Virus record (IMG/VR): IMGVR_UViG_3300013901_000007
Location: 32,001 to 96,000 of that record
Strand: one strand, 5' to 3'
Length of the DNA stretch: 64,000 bases
Source of the DNA: a virus
Taxonomy: Duplodnaviria > Caudoviricetes
Below the pieces are notes generated by a model. The model was not told where the DNA came from. It did not search any database and saw only the letters and a program-made list of their open reading frames with translations. Position 1 is the stretch's first letter. The number at the start of each line of letters is the position of its first letter. Shown one piece after another: positions 40,485-49,978 of the stretch. The position numbers and the translations under genes are program-made.

Positions 40485-40688
40485 CTATTGTTTATTAACC
40501 CACTGTAAAGCTTCTTTAAAATGTAAAATATTGCCATTTACTTCTAAAGCGGGCACAGATTGAATGCCTTTTTCTAACATTTCGTCGACATCATTCTTAA
40601 AAACATAGTCTATATTTTTTTCTTTAAGCTTTGTTTCCAAAACCCTACATCTTGGACAGCCTGTACTATATAAAATAATTGTATCCAT
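40485..40688 (-). CDS. glutaredoxin / NrdH-like redoxin
   Basis: LYSTGCPRC, SVPALEVNG; immediately upstream of nrdD. Confidence 0.88.
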   Translation of the reverse strand: MDTIILYSTGCPRCRVLETKLKEKNIDYVFKNDVDEMLEKGIQSVPALEVNGNILHFKEALQWVNKQ

Positions 40689-40753
40689 AAAAATGCTGGA
40701 ACCTCCTTTTCTGTAAATATTATAACAACTTTTTAATTTGTTGCAACTAATAT

Positions 40754-41434
40754 TCACTTATCTTCTTTCTGATTTTTTTCTAATCTTTTTGATGATTTCA
40801 ATTCTCGAACATTTTTATCTAATTCTGAATATAAAGTTTTATCTATTACTTCATCTGCGGTTGTTTCTTTAAATGCTTGCCATTCTGGAGAAGCAGCATT
40901 AGCGACACTCTTTAAATCAGCCAACATTTCTGGCGTTAACGAAGAAACAGTTTCGTTTAAAGAAGAAGCAAATTGTGCTAAACTTTCAGGAGTAAATAAT
41001 TCAGCTGTTTTTTCAATTCTATATACATTAGCGAAATTGTAAACTCTATCAACTAATCTTTGTAAACGCTTAAAATCTTTTTCACAGAACTTTAATAAAT
41101 ATTCATCAAATCCATATTCACATAATGTATTATAAATTAAATCTAATGATTGAAAATTATTCATATCATTTTCAAGATTGATAGCATAAGTCAATAAACC
41201 ATAAAGTAATTCGTTAATTTCTAAATTAATTCCAGATTGAATAGCATCTTTATTATCATCCCAAATATTTATACAAATTTGTGTAACAGCAATCATTTTT
41301 CTAGTTAAATTTAAATAAGAAACAATTTGTAATTTTCCAATTAAATCTTGAACTTTTGCATCATTTTTTTCTGTAGGATCATGTTTGAAAGCTAAAATAG
41401 CCTTTAACAAATCAGATAATTTTATATTTTCCAT
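40754..41434 (-). CDS. hypothetical helical protein
   Basis: 226-aa ORF overlapping the end of the recombinase gene. Confidence 0.6.
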   Translation of the reverse strand: MENIKLSDLLKAILAFKHDPTEKNDAKVQDLIGKLQIVSYLNLTRKMIAVTQICINIWDDNKDAIQSGINLEINELLYGLLTYAINLENDMNNFQSLDLIYNTLCEYGFDEYLLKFCEKDFKRLQRLVDRVYNFANVYRIEKTAELFTPESLAQFASSLNETVSSLTPEMLADLKSVANAASPEWQAFKETTADEVIDKTLYSELDKNVRELKSSKRLEKNQKEDK

Positions 41435-42447
41435 GAAATTTCTCCTTGTGCTTCTTTGTCGCGATTTTTGAAAAAATCATTTAAAATTTCATCATCACTG
41501 ACGTCATTATAGATTTTAATCATATCGCTAGATTCCCAGCTAAAAATAAGAGTGACAACATCATCGGGTAATTTCATACTCTTTAATAAAGTACAAAAAT
41601 AATGTCTTCCTGAATGACTATAAAAATCAATCTTAAATCTTCTTGATACTTTGTTAGCAAAATTATTTGCAGAAGCAACTGTAGCTGGAAGCCAATTATT
41701 TCCTTCTTTTCGAACAAATAATTCTGGAATAGTAATACCTAATTTTTCACGTTCTGCTATCCAAGCATCTAAATAAGGTTTAAATGCCTCTTTAATAACA
41801 TATTTTTTAATAACTTTTCCACGTTTTCCACGACCTTTAGAGCGAATTGGTGGAGTGCAATACATATATCCATCAAATACTTCTGTTTGTTTTGTAAAGA
41901 AATCAACTTTCATTTGTAAAAGTTCTGCTTTGCGTGCACCAGAAGAACAAACTAAAGCCACCCAACAGGCTAATTGATATTCACCTTCATCAGTTAATCT
42001 TTTTAACATTTCTTTAATTTGATCGTTGGTTAATACTGTTTTTTCTCTAACAGTAGTAATATGAACAGGTTCTAAACCTCTAAGTTGATTGTGAAATTCA
42101 GGATATTCATCTTCATACAATAATTCAATTTCAGTTGATAAACTGCTTAGACAAGATTTTAAAGCAGCAATTCTATTAGGACTCATACCTAATTCTCTTA
42201 AATACCCAAAATAAAAAACAAAATCTCTTTTTTTAAGCTTGACAAAAAGTTTATCACCATTTTCTCGATAATTCCAACAGAAAAAAACCTTTAGCCATGC
42301 TTCATACTGCTGTTGGGTTTTGGGAGATTTATCATTACTTTTGCAATATTGTAAATATTGCTTCACCAGCTGTTTATTTTGAGGCGAGACCTTTTCGTAA
42401 TCGCTGGTGAGATTATCATTATATACAGTAGACCTTGCCATAATCAA
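41422..42447 (-). CDS. tyrosine recombinase / integrase family protein
   Basis: SGARKAEL (Arg), KGRG (Lys), HSGRH, W...MIKIY catalytic pattern; N-terminal SAM-like domain. Confidence 0.88.
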   Translation of the reverse strand: MIMARSTVYNDNLTSDYEKVSPQNKQLVKQYLQYCKSNDKSPKTQQQYEAWLKVFFCWNYRENGDKLFVKLKKRDFVFYFGYLRELGMSPNRIAALKSCLSSLSTEIELLYEDEYPEFHNQLRGLEPVHITTVREKTVLTNDQIKEMLKRLTDEGEYQLACWVALVCSSGARKAELLQMKVDFFTKQTEVFDGYMYCTPPIRSKGRGKRGKVIKKYVIKEAFKPYLDAWIAEREKLGITIPELFVRKEGNNWLPATVASANNFANKVSRRFKIDFYSHSGRHYFCTLLKSMKLPDDVVTLIFSWESSDMIKIYNDVSDDEILNDFFKNRDKEAQGEISWKI

Positions 42448-42455
42448 CTTCTCCT

Positions 42456-43307
42456 CTATAACTCAGTCACAACATCAGACAGTGTTAAACTTGTAAAAGC
42501 AGAAGTGGCATCAACAGTATTAAACAAAACGTTCATATCTTCACTGGTGTCATAATAATATAAAATAGTGTTCTTGGAACCATCATATTGTATTTTGTTT
42601 ATGATTGCTTTTATTTTGGCTGCTGTATCTATATAAACGCCCGTAACATAAACAACTCCATTATTACCGAAAACTTCAGGAAATTGGCTTGGATTTTTAA
42701 CCACGGTTTTATTACTAGAATAAATTATAGCATTTATAGAAGCAGACTTAGTCTGATCCTCACTAATCCAATATATATTCAAACTATGGCTGTAATATTC
42801 CTTTTGAACGGCACTAATGGTGTTGTCACTTGAAATGGTAATATTACTTCCTGCTTTTAATTTATTTTGTTTACTATTTAAATCGTTTGTGGTGACCAAT
42901 CTAACCCAATCGGTCCATGTCGTCCCATTATATGTTCTTTCATAGACTGAGCCAGTATTCTGATTACTACTCACTAAAAATTGAGTGTACCAGCCTATAG
43001 CCGTTCTCACCACGGTCAGCCCAAAAGCTGCTACTCCTGAAGGTTTATTAAGACTCTTATTGCCACCATCGGCATAATATTTCCCTTCTTTAATTAAAGT
43101 ATTCAAATCAATCCCCGCGTCAAGAGCAGTGGCTGTAGCGGAAACAGATCCTGTTGACTCACCAGAATTTCCACCAGCGATATTGCCGACGAATATGGAT
43201 TTCGTGATGGCTTTAATCTCTCCCGCTTTTAAATCACCATAATCAGAGCTGCCAGCATCCGCGGTGGCCAAAAGCGTTTTTGTTTTTTTATTAATTTTCT
43301 TTGCCAT
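42456..43307 (-). CDS. fibre-like protein with knob module
   Basis: DLNTLIKEGKYYADGGNKSLNKPSG...WTDW; KQNKLKAGSNITI. Confidence 0.7.
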   Translation of the reverse strand: MAKKINKKTKTLLATADAGSSDYGDLKAGEIKAITKSIFVGNIAGGNSGESTGSVSATATALDAGIDLNTLIKEGKYYADGGNKSLNKPSGVAAFGLTVVRTAIGWYTQFLVSSNQNTGSVYERTYNGTTWTDWVRLVTTNDLNSKQNKLKAGSNITISSDNTISAVQKEYYSHSLNIYWISEDQTKSASINAIIYSSNKTVVKNPSQFPEVFGNNGVVYVTGVYIDTAAKIKAIINKIQYDGSKNTILYYYDTSEDMNVLFNTVDATSAFTSLTLSDVVTEL

Positions 43308-44001
43308 ATTCTTCCTCCTTTAATTTTAGCGCCACTTTCATTTTCTCCAGCCTCTTGATTTCTTGGTCTAAAGCCGAAATGGCATGTGCGGCTTTTAATT
43401 CTTTTTTATGACGTTTAATTTCTCGTATTTTTTCAGCAATATCTTTATCCCATTTGAATTCACAGAGCGTTTTTGCTAAAAAGACGGCGTCCGTCTCATC
43501 TAAAGTTGTTATTTTTAATTCAGTAGGAAATATACCATATAAATAATCTCTTACCATTTCTTTCGTTACTTTATTTCCAATATCCAGCCCATTAATATGC
43601 CTAAAATATGCATGAGTAGTTGTCGGAGCAACCCCTTTATAATCATAACAAGGTATGCCTCTTTCATAACAACAAACATCTAAAATAACATGACTCTTTG
43701 CTAAAGCAACAAAAGTCTGCACAGTTGATGATCCACCATGGATCTGAGTTGGCATCATCTCTTTTGAAACAAAATACTTACCATACCCTATTTCCTTTTC
43801 GAATTTATCAAAAAAAGTGTTTATCTTTGCTTTAAGTTCTGCAAACGGAAGTTCCCCATCTCCTTTAATTTTAATTACATAAGTATTCAAAGGTTTCCCT
43901 TTTTTAATATCCCAAACACATACACCAGTAATCTTACTAGCTAAGTCAAACATTATAAGATACTCATACGAATTCAAATCTTGATTAAATTTTACTTCCA
44001 T
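43291..44001 (-). CDS. RuvC-like Holliday junction resolvase
   Basis: FDLASKITGVCV, KE, DETDAV acidic tetrad pattern. Confidence 0.75.
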   Translation of the reverse strand: MEVKFNQDLNSYEYLIMFDLASKITGVCVWDIKKGKPLNTYVIKIKGDGELPFAELKAKINTFFDKFEKEIGYGKYFVSKEMMPTQIHGGSSTVQTFVALAKSHVILDVCCYERGIPCYDYKGVAPTTTHAYFRHINGLDIGNKVTKEMVRDYLYGIFPTELKITTLDETDAVFLAKTLCEFKWDKDIAEKIREIKRHKKELKAAHAISALDQEIKRLEKMKVALKLKEEEYGKEN

Positions 44002-44056
44002 ACAAACCCCCTTTTCAGAAAATACTATTCCAAAATATACTCTGAAAAGAGTATTT

Positions 44057-44085
44057 AATAAGGCAGGAAAACTACCTGCCTTATT
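44057..44085. terminator. hairpin terminator after the glycosyltransferase
   Basis: AATAAGGCAGG-aaaacta-CCTGCCTTATT. Confidence 0.7.
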
Positions 44086-45226
44086 CTTCTTCGCTCAATT
44101 CATTAAGCTCCTTTTTTAATCTTTCAAGATTATCTTTGAGCCTTAAATCACCTTTATCTTCATTATGTGCCAATTTAGCATACATTAATGCCGTATGTTT
44201 TGCCCCTATATAATAATATGCAATACATAATAAATCTGCTGGTTCGCTTGTCCAGCACTTATCCCATTCTAACCATGAATATAATCTTCTTGATTTCATT
44301 AAAGCCTCATTGATAGTATTTATTGCGTCTGCATATTTTTTTTGACTAATATATATTTTAGCTAATTCAAGATAATTATCTCGAAACTCTGGACTTTGTG
44401 CAATTCCTTGTTTAAAATCTACAATAGCCTTTTCAGGCATTCCCAAATCAACATGACATTTTCCTTTAAACATATAAAGGTCGGTCTTACACAAATACAT
44501 ATCATCAGAACGAATATTTGGCATAACGGTTTTATCTATAAATTCTAAACATTTTTCTTTCTTGCCCGAATAATAATATTCATGAGCAAGATAAACTAAC
44601 CCATAATAATCTTCTGAATTTTCTTTAGCTCTTAATTCTAGTAAAGGCAAATAAGAAGATCTGCTATCTTTATGTAATGGATAATGATGTAACCAAATTT
44701 GGTTGTTTACAGGATATCCCTCTGATTTACTTCCGTCTATATCATTACAATGATATAGTGTTTCATGTACGGGAAATTTCCATGACCAATCACCAGAATT
44801 ATCATGGCATTTATCATACCAAAATACTCTTGCTGGTGTTCCATCTGCATTATGGGACCAAGCATATTTATAAAATAATCTATGCTTAGAACTATTGTTC
44901 CAAGCTAAACGAAATGCATTACCCCAACCTTCAGTTAAATGTTCATCTAAATCTGTACAAATACAAAAATCAGCGTCTTTAGGAATTAATTTCATACTCT
45001 CATTACGAGCGATATCAAATCTCCATGGAGTGATAATTGCTTGGTTTAATATAATTTTAGAAGGCATTAATTTTTGCCATTCCAATAATTTTTCATAAGT
45101 TTTATCAGTGCTTCCTGTATCAAGAACACAAATATAATCTGCTTCACTCATAGATTTAATCCAAGCGTCTACATTTAATTCTTCATTTTTACAAATAGTA
45201 TAAACAGCTATTTTATATTCTTTCAT
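44081..45226 (-). CDS. GT2 glycosyltransferase with C-terminal TPR repeats
   Basis: ICKNEE, DTGSTDKT, FDIARN, DLDE (DxD), W.FPVHE; TPR helices. Confidence 0.92.
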   Translation of the reverse strand: MKEYKIAVYTICKNEELNVDAWIKSMSEADYICVLDTGSTDKTYEKLLEWQKLMPSKIILNQAIITPWRFDIARNESMKLIPKDADFCICTDLDEHLTEGWGNAFRLAWNNSSKHRLFYKYAWSHNADGTPARVFWYDKCHDNSGDWSWKFPVHETLYHCNDIDGSKSEGYPVNNQIWLHHYPLHKDSRSSYLPLLELRAKENSEDYYGLVYLAHEYYYSGKKEKCLEFIDKTVMPNIRSDDMYLCKTDLYMFKGKCHVDLGMPEKAIVDFKQGIAQSPEFRDNYLELAKIYISQKKYADAINTINEALMKSRRLYSWLEWDKCWTSEPADLLCIAYYYIGAKHTALMYAKLAHNEDKGDLRLKDNLERLKKELNELSEEE

Positions 45227-45255
45227 ATTTTTACCTTTTAAATCCTTTTTCTTTC

Positions 45256-46281
45256 TTATGACCTCAAATCATAAATAGTAAATGCTGATTGTCCTGTTGG
45301 ACCAATATCACCAGTTTTCCCCGTAGGTCCAATAGCCCCAGGGCTACCAGTTGGTCCTTGTGGACCTTCTATACCCTGCGGTCCTTGTGGCCCCACATCT
45401 CCTTTAGGACCAGTGGCACCAGTAGCTCCTTTAACTCCCTTTTCTACCCAACTAGTCCAACTCGAAGATGCCCAAGTTCTAATAAATAATTTATTAGTAT
45501 TACTATTAGCAGAATATAATTCTTGAGCATAATAACCAGAAGCTGTTCTTAATACCCACATTCCAAAAGCGTCTACTCCAGATGGTTTATTGGTGACTTT
45601 GTTTCCACCACCCGCATAATACCAACCGCATAAACTTTCAGTTTTATAATCATTTAAATTTTGTGTAGTTAATTGAGTACCATTTGCAGCACCTTTACCT
45701 GCTGCACCAATAAGTCCTTTTTCTCCTTGAGGGCCTGTAGGGCCAAGAGAACCTTGAGCACCAGTATTACCCCTGGGAATAGTAAAATTAAATATAGCGG
45801 CATGTGTAGTGCCGCTATTTGTAATAACAACATTAGAGCCTACTTCACCTGTTGAAACAGCACCAACTTGAATAGTAGCAGCTGTTCCTATAGGACCTGT
45901 AGGACCTAATTTACCTTGTGTTCCTTGAGGACCTGTTTCACCCTGAAGACCTCGTTCGCCTTGAGCACCAGTGTCTCCTTTAGGACCAGTACTTCCTGTA
46001 TCACCTTTTGGTCCTGTAGGACCTAATAAACCCCTAGGACCTAATGGCCCAGTTGGACCCTCAACACCTTGAGAACCAGCACTTCCTTGATTACCACGGG
46101 GACCCATTGGTCCTTGTGGCCCCGTTGGACCTATAATATTCGTATAATAGCAAACAAAATAAACTTCATTTACACTAAAACCAGGACCATATTGAACCCC
46201 ATTTACTGTAATTGTATCTTTGCCTGCGGCTAATATTTCGTATTGGTCTTGTGTAAGAAAGACCGTTGGTTTTGTAGCCAT
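45256..46281 (-). CDS. collagen-like fibre protein with knob module
   Basis: Gly-X-Y (GPT/GPQ) repeats; AIFNFTIPRG; knob module. Confidence 0.88.
   Translation of the reverse strand: MATKPTVFLTQDQYEILAAGKDTITVNGVQYGPGFSVNEVYFVCYYTNIIGPTGPQGPMGPRGNQGSAGSQGVEGPTGPLGPRGLLGPTGPKGDTGSTGPKGDTGAQGERGLQGETGPQGTQGKLGPTGPIGTAATIQVGAVSTGEVGSNVVITNSGTTHAAIFNFTIPRGNTGAQGSLGPTGPQGEKGLIGAAGKGAANGTQLTTQNLNDYKTESLCGWYYAGGGNKVTNKPSGVDAFGMWVLRTASGYYAQELYSANSNTNKLFIRTWASSSWTSWVEKGVKGATGATGPKGDVGPQGPQGIEGPQGPTGSPGAIGPTGKTGDIGPTGQSAFTIYDLRS
45577..45621. repeat. 45-bp exact direct repeat, copy 2
   Basis: Identical to 29623-29667. Confidence 0.9.
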
Positions 46282-46299
46282 TAAAAGTCCTCCTTGTTA

Positions 46300-47247
46300 T
46301 TAATTAACAGCTTCCCAATAAAGGTCAGCTACATTTTTTGCTAATTCTTGGACATATTGTAATCTTTGTTTTGTAGCATCATATTCTAAACGAATAGCCA
46401 CCGTAGTTCCAGAATCTGGGTCTACTTCATTACCTGCAGGTTCAACCGCATTAATAGCTTGAGAAGGGCCTGTAGGACCTTTAGCACCAGTAGCACCTAT
46501 AGATCCTGTTGGACCCATAGGGCCTGTAGGACCTTGTATACCTTGTGGACCTTGACCACCTTTTAATGATGCATAATCTACCCATTTTAAATTTTCATCT
46601 AATTTATAAACCTTTCCAGTTGAATTGTTTAAATAAAAATCACCCACAACTGCACCAGCAACAGAAGCTGTACCAGAAGCAGTAACTTCAGTTCCCGAGA
46701 ACCAAGTGCTTCCTGTAGGACCAATTAAGCCTTGAATGCCCTGAGGGCCTGTAGGACCGACTGGGCCATCTTTTCCTATAGGACCATCAACTCCTGTAGG
46801 ACCTGTTTTACCAGTTGGACCCGTTGGACCAACCTTACCTTGTGGCCCCTCTGGACCTGTTGGACCAACGTCTCCTTGAGGACCTTGTGGTCCTTCTGGA
46901 CCTGTTGGACCGATTAAACCTTCAACACCTGTTGGACCTATAGGGCCCATATCTCCCTTTGGACCAGTAGGACCAACAAAACCAGTTGGACCTCTTTGAC
47001 CCACTGGTCCCGTAGGACCTCTTCTTCCTGTATCACCCCTATCACCCTTAGGACCTGTTTCTCCAACTGGACCTTGAGGGCCTGTAGGGCCAATAATACT
47101 TGTATAATAACAAATATAATAGTAATCTCCTAAAAATCCTGGACCATATGTAGTACCATTAATAACAACAGTACCGCCAGAACGTAAAATTTCATAATCT
47201 TTCTGAGTAAGATAAATTGTTTTTGTGCTTTCATTAACTTCTGCCAT
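46300..47247 (-). CDS. collagen-like fibre protein
   Basis: Long GPT-rich Gly-X-Y runs interrupted by a TWFSG...GDFYLN domain. Confidence 0.9.
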   Translation of the reverse strand: MAEVNESTKTIYLTQKDYEILRSGGTVVINGTTYGPGFLGDYYYICYYTSIIGPTGPQGPVGETGPKGDRGDTGRRGPTGPVGQRGPTGFVGPTGPKGDMGPIGPTGVEGLIGPTGPEGPQGPQGDVGPTGPEGPQGKVGPTGPTGKTGPTGVDGPIGKDGPVGPTGPQGIQGLIGPTGSTWFSGTEVTASGTASVAGAVVGDFYLNNSTGKVYKLDENLKWVDYASLKGGQGPQGIQGPTGPMGPTGSIGATGAKGPTGPSQAINAVEPAGNEVDPDSGTTVAIRLEYDATKQRLQYVQELAKNVADLYWEAVN

Positions 47248-47264
47248 AATTTATCCTCCTCTTA

Positions 47265-48224
47265 TTATACTTGTTCCCAATATAAATTTAAAATTTTATT
47301 AAATTCTTGAGTATGATAAATCACTGTTTTAGTAGATGCATCATAATCTAATTTATAAATAACCCTTCCTAGTGTTGAATTGGTTGGGCCATGAAAATAT
47401 TCTTCCACACGAGAAACATTTTGAACTGGACCTGGGTCTCCTCCTGGACCAGTTGGACCCATAGGACCTTGATCGCCTTGAGGGCCCGCAGGGCCTGTAA
47501 CACCACGAGCGCCTTGAGCACCTTTTAATTGTGCAATTTTACCCCATACATCTTGTCCATCTTTTTGAGACCAACGATAAACTTCTCCTGTAGAGTTATT
47601 CAAATAGAAATCTCCTAATTTTGCTCCTATAGCAACTGTACTAATAACATGAGCCCCATCGGTGTCTATCGCAGTACCAGAGAACCACACACTGCCTGTA
47701 GGACCTCTAACACCTGTTTCACCTTGTTTCCCTGCAGGACCAGTAGGACCAACTTTACCAGTTGGACCAATAGCACCTTGAGGGCCTGTAGGACCAACGG
47801 ATCCTTGTGGACCTGTATTTCCTGTCTCACCAGTAGGACCGACTGAACCTGTGTTTCCAGTAAGACCTTTGGATCCAGTAGGACCAACTGGGCCTATACC
47901 ACCAGTTTTGCCTTGAGGGCCTTGAGGGCCAACACTACCTTGCTCTCCTTTAGGGCCTTGAGCACCGAGATCTCCTCTTGGGCCTAAAGCACCTTGTGGT
48001 CCTGTAGGACCTGTATTTCCTAAATCTCCTTTAGGACCTTTATAACCAGTATTGCCTTGAATACCAGTTGGGCCTATAATATTTGTATAATAACAGACAT
48101 AATAAACTTGTTCATTATTAAAACCTGTATAAGTAACTCCATCAACAACAATACTACCACCAGCACGGAGGGTTTCATATTCTTCTTGTGTAATAAATAA
48201 AGTTTTGTTATCTTTAATTGCCAT
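47265..48224 (-). CDS. collagen-like fibre protein
   Basis: Same architecture as neighbours; start re-called at MAIKDNK. Confidence 0.9.
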   Translation of the reverse strand: MAIKDNKTLFITQEEYETLRAGGSIVVDGVTYTGFNNEQVYYVCYYTNIIGPTGIQGNTGYKGPKGDLGNTGPTGPQGALGPRGDLGAQGPKGEQGSVGPQGPQGKTGGIGPVGPTGSKGLTGNTGSVGPTGETGNTGPQGSVGPTGPQGAIGPTGKVGPTGPAGKQGETGVRGPTGSVWFSGTAIDTDGAHVISTVAIGAKLGDFYLNNSTGEVYRWSQKDGQDVWGKIAQLKGAQGARGVTGPAGPQGDQGPMGPTGPGGDPGPVQNVSRVEEYFHGPTNSTLGRVIYKLDYDASTKTVIYHTQEFNKILNLYWEQV

Positions 48225-48250
48225 AATATACCCCCGTTTCATTATTACGT

Positions 48251-49186
48251 TTATTTAACTTCTTCATAAGAAATATCTAAATTTCCAACTTTTAAAATAT
48301 CTCTAATATCCGTACGAACAAAGTCTAATTGCTTTCTATCTGTTTGATATCCTAGACTTGTTACGACGTTAAGGTCGCTATCTGGATTACCTGCAGGTTC
48401 TACTCCATTAATATTAGCAACATCACCTGGTTTTCCTTGAGGGCCCTCAACACCTTGAGGACCAGTATCTCCCTTATCTCCCTTTGGGCCTTGAGGGCCA
48501 ATCGCTCCTTGTAAACCTTTCAAGTTTACAATTTTGTTCCATACCGTATTTGTACTTCCTTGTGAAAAACGATATACATCACAAGTATTAATATTTAAAT
48601 AATAATCGCCTTTAACGGCTCCAGTAACACTTTGTACTTGAGTTGATATTCCATCTGTATCTACTACATCACCTGAAAACCAAGTGCTGCCAGTAGGGCC
48701 AACAGGACCAACTTCTCCTGTTGCACCAATAGGTCCTTGTGGCCCTTGAGGACCAGTGGGTCCAATTGGACCCAAATCCCCCTTATCACCTTTTTCTCCC
48801 TGAGGACCCTGTGGTCCCATAGGACCTTCGGGGCCTTCTATACCGCCAGAACCACCGCCAACGCCATTTTTTTCAATATATGCTAATTTATTTTTAAAGT
48901 CAAGATTTTCACCAACTTTAGATAAAATAAAAGAGTTGGAAAATTGATTCCCAACTTTAAAAACATAAACATAATCACCAGTTTTAAGAGAAAAACCAAA
49001 TTTATTTGGAATATTATGTATGATAACAGAATCATCTGGTACTACATATACATTATAACTTTCATTGTCTCCTGGTGATGCAATTTGACAAAGAGCAACT
49101 TGATCTTTCGTTTCTAATTGTTGTTTAATAACATCATTAATCAAACCAAGCATTGACTTGGCAGAATTTGTGTTTGTTTTAATCAT
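48251..49186 (-). CDS. collagen-like protein with N-terminal OB-fold/spike-like domain
   Basis: YNVYV...[18 protein letters not shown]...FSNSFI followed by Gly-X-Y repeats. Confidence 0.75.
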   Translation of the reverse strand: MIKTNTNSAKSMLGLINDVIKQQLETKDQVALCQIASPGDNESYNVYVVPDDSVIIHNIPNKFGFSLKTGDYVYVFKVGNQFSNSFILSKVGENLDFKNKLAYIEKNGVGGGSGGIEGPEGPMGPQGPQGEKGDKGDLGPIGPTGPQGPQGPIGATGEVGPVGPTGSTWFSGDVVDTDGISTQVQSVTGAVKGDYYLNINTCDVYRFSQGSTNTVWNKIVNLKGLQGAIGPQGPKGDKGDTGPQGVEGPQGKPGDVANINGVEPAGNPDSDLNVVTSLGYQTDRKQLDFVRTDIRDILKVGNLDISYEEVK

Positions 49187-49244
49187 ATATCCCCCTTGTC
49201 AATTACTTGATATCGCCACGCGACATAGAAATAAAAAGGTTCTT

Positions 49245-49520
49245 TTATTTTTCAAGTGTTTCGTTGATTTTTGCTTCTTCTTCGGCAGAAACTAAAAATT
49301 TACGAATAGGTTCTTGTTCAACCTTTTCTTCTTTCTCAATTTCTTGAATTTCTTCAACTTCAACTATTTTTTTTGTTTTTTTAGGAGCAGGTATTTTAAC
49401 TTCTGCTTTTCCTTTTTCTTTTTCTTTTTCTTTGTTTTCTAATTCTTCTTTCTTTTTTGCTTCAGCTTCGCGTTTTGCACGAACCTCTATATTATGTCTC
49501 AACAAATCTTGCAACCTCAT
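49245..49520 (-). CDS. hypothetical highly charged (E/K-rich) protein
   Basis: 91-aa ORF in operon orientation. Confidence 0.55.
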   Translation of the reverse strand: MRLQDLLRHNIEVRAKREAEAKKKEELENKEKEKEKGKAEVKIPAPKKTKKIVEVEEIQEIEKEEKVEQEPIRKFLVSAEEEAKINETLEK

Positions 49521-49536
49521 AAATATCTTCCACAGA

Positions 49537-49926
49537 TTATTTTTTCTTATTTTTAGCCTTAATCATACTATTAACCCATTCAATTGTGGCATCAATATAA
49601 TCTGCTAAATTCTTTAATAATTGTTCATTAATAATAATACCAGCTTCTTCACAACCAGCTTTAACAGCGGCAATAACAATTTCTTTCTTTTCAGCGCCAG
49701 TTTTACCAGTTTCTTCAGCTTTTTTCATAGCTACGTCTGCAATTTCTTTTATTTTGTCCCAATCTTTATTTTTAATAAGTTCTTTTCCTTTTTTTACAAG
49801 ATTGATTGTCATAGGAATTAAAGCAACAATTGCACCAACAAAACCTATAATAAAACTAATAAGACTTACCCAGCCTTCAAGTGTGTTAGGCCAAAACGAC
49901 CCAGCTAATACATTAACATCTAACAT
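49537..49926 (-). CDS. holin, LL-H-like
   Basis: One N-terminal TM helix; AMKKAEETGKTGAEKKEIV, IDATIE; start re-called after AGGAGG. Confidence 0.75.
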   Translation of the reverse strand: MLDVNVLAGSFWPNTLEGWVSLISFIIGFVGAIVALIPMTINLVKKGKELIKNKDWDKIKEIADVAMKKAEETGKTGAEKKEIVIAAVKAGCEEAGIIINEQLLKNLADYIDATIEWVNSMIKAKNKKK

Positions 49927-49978
49927 AATAATACCTCCTAAATAGAAGCCCTCGGGCCCATAGACTACCGAGGGACGT

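Noticed and set aside
41422-42447. attP site or prophage boundary near the tyrosine recombinase
   Set aside because: The gene overlaps or abuts its neighbours with no intergenic att-like region, and no host genes are visible; lifestyle cannot be determined from this window.
45256-49186. CRISPR-like or tandem DNA repeats
   Set aside because: The recurring ggacc/gggcc units are Gly-Pro codons of collagen repeats, with no repeat-spacer periodicity.
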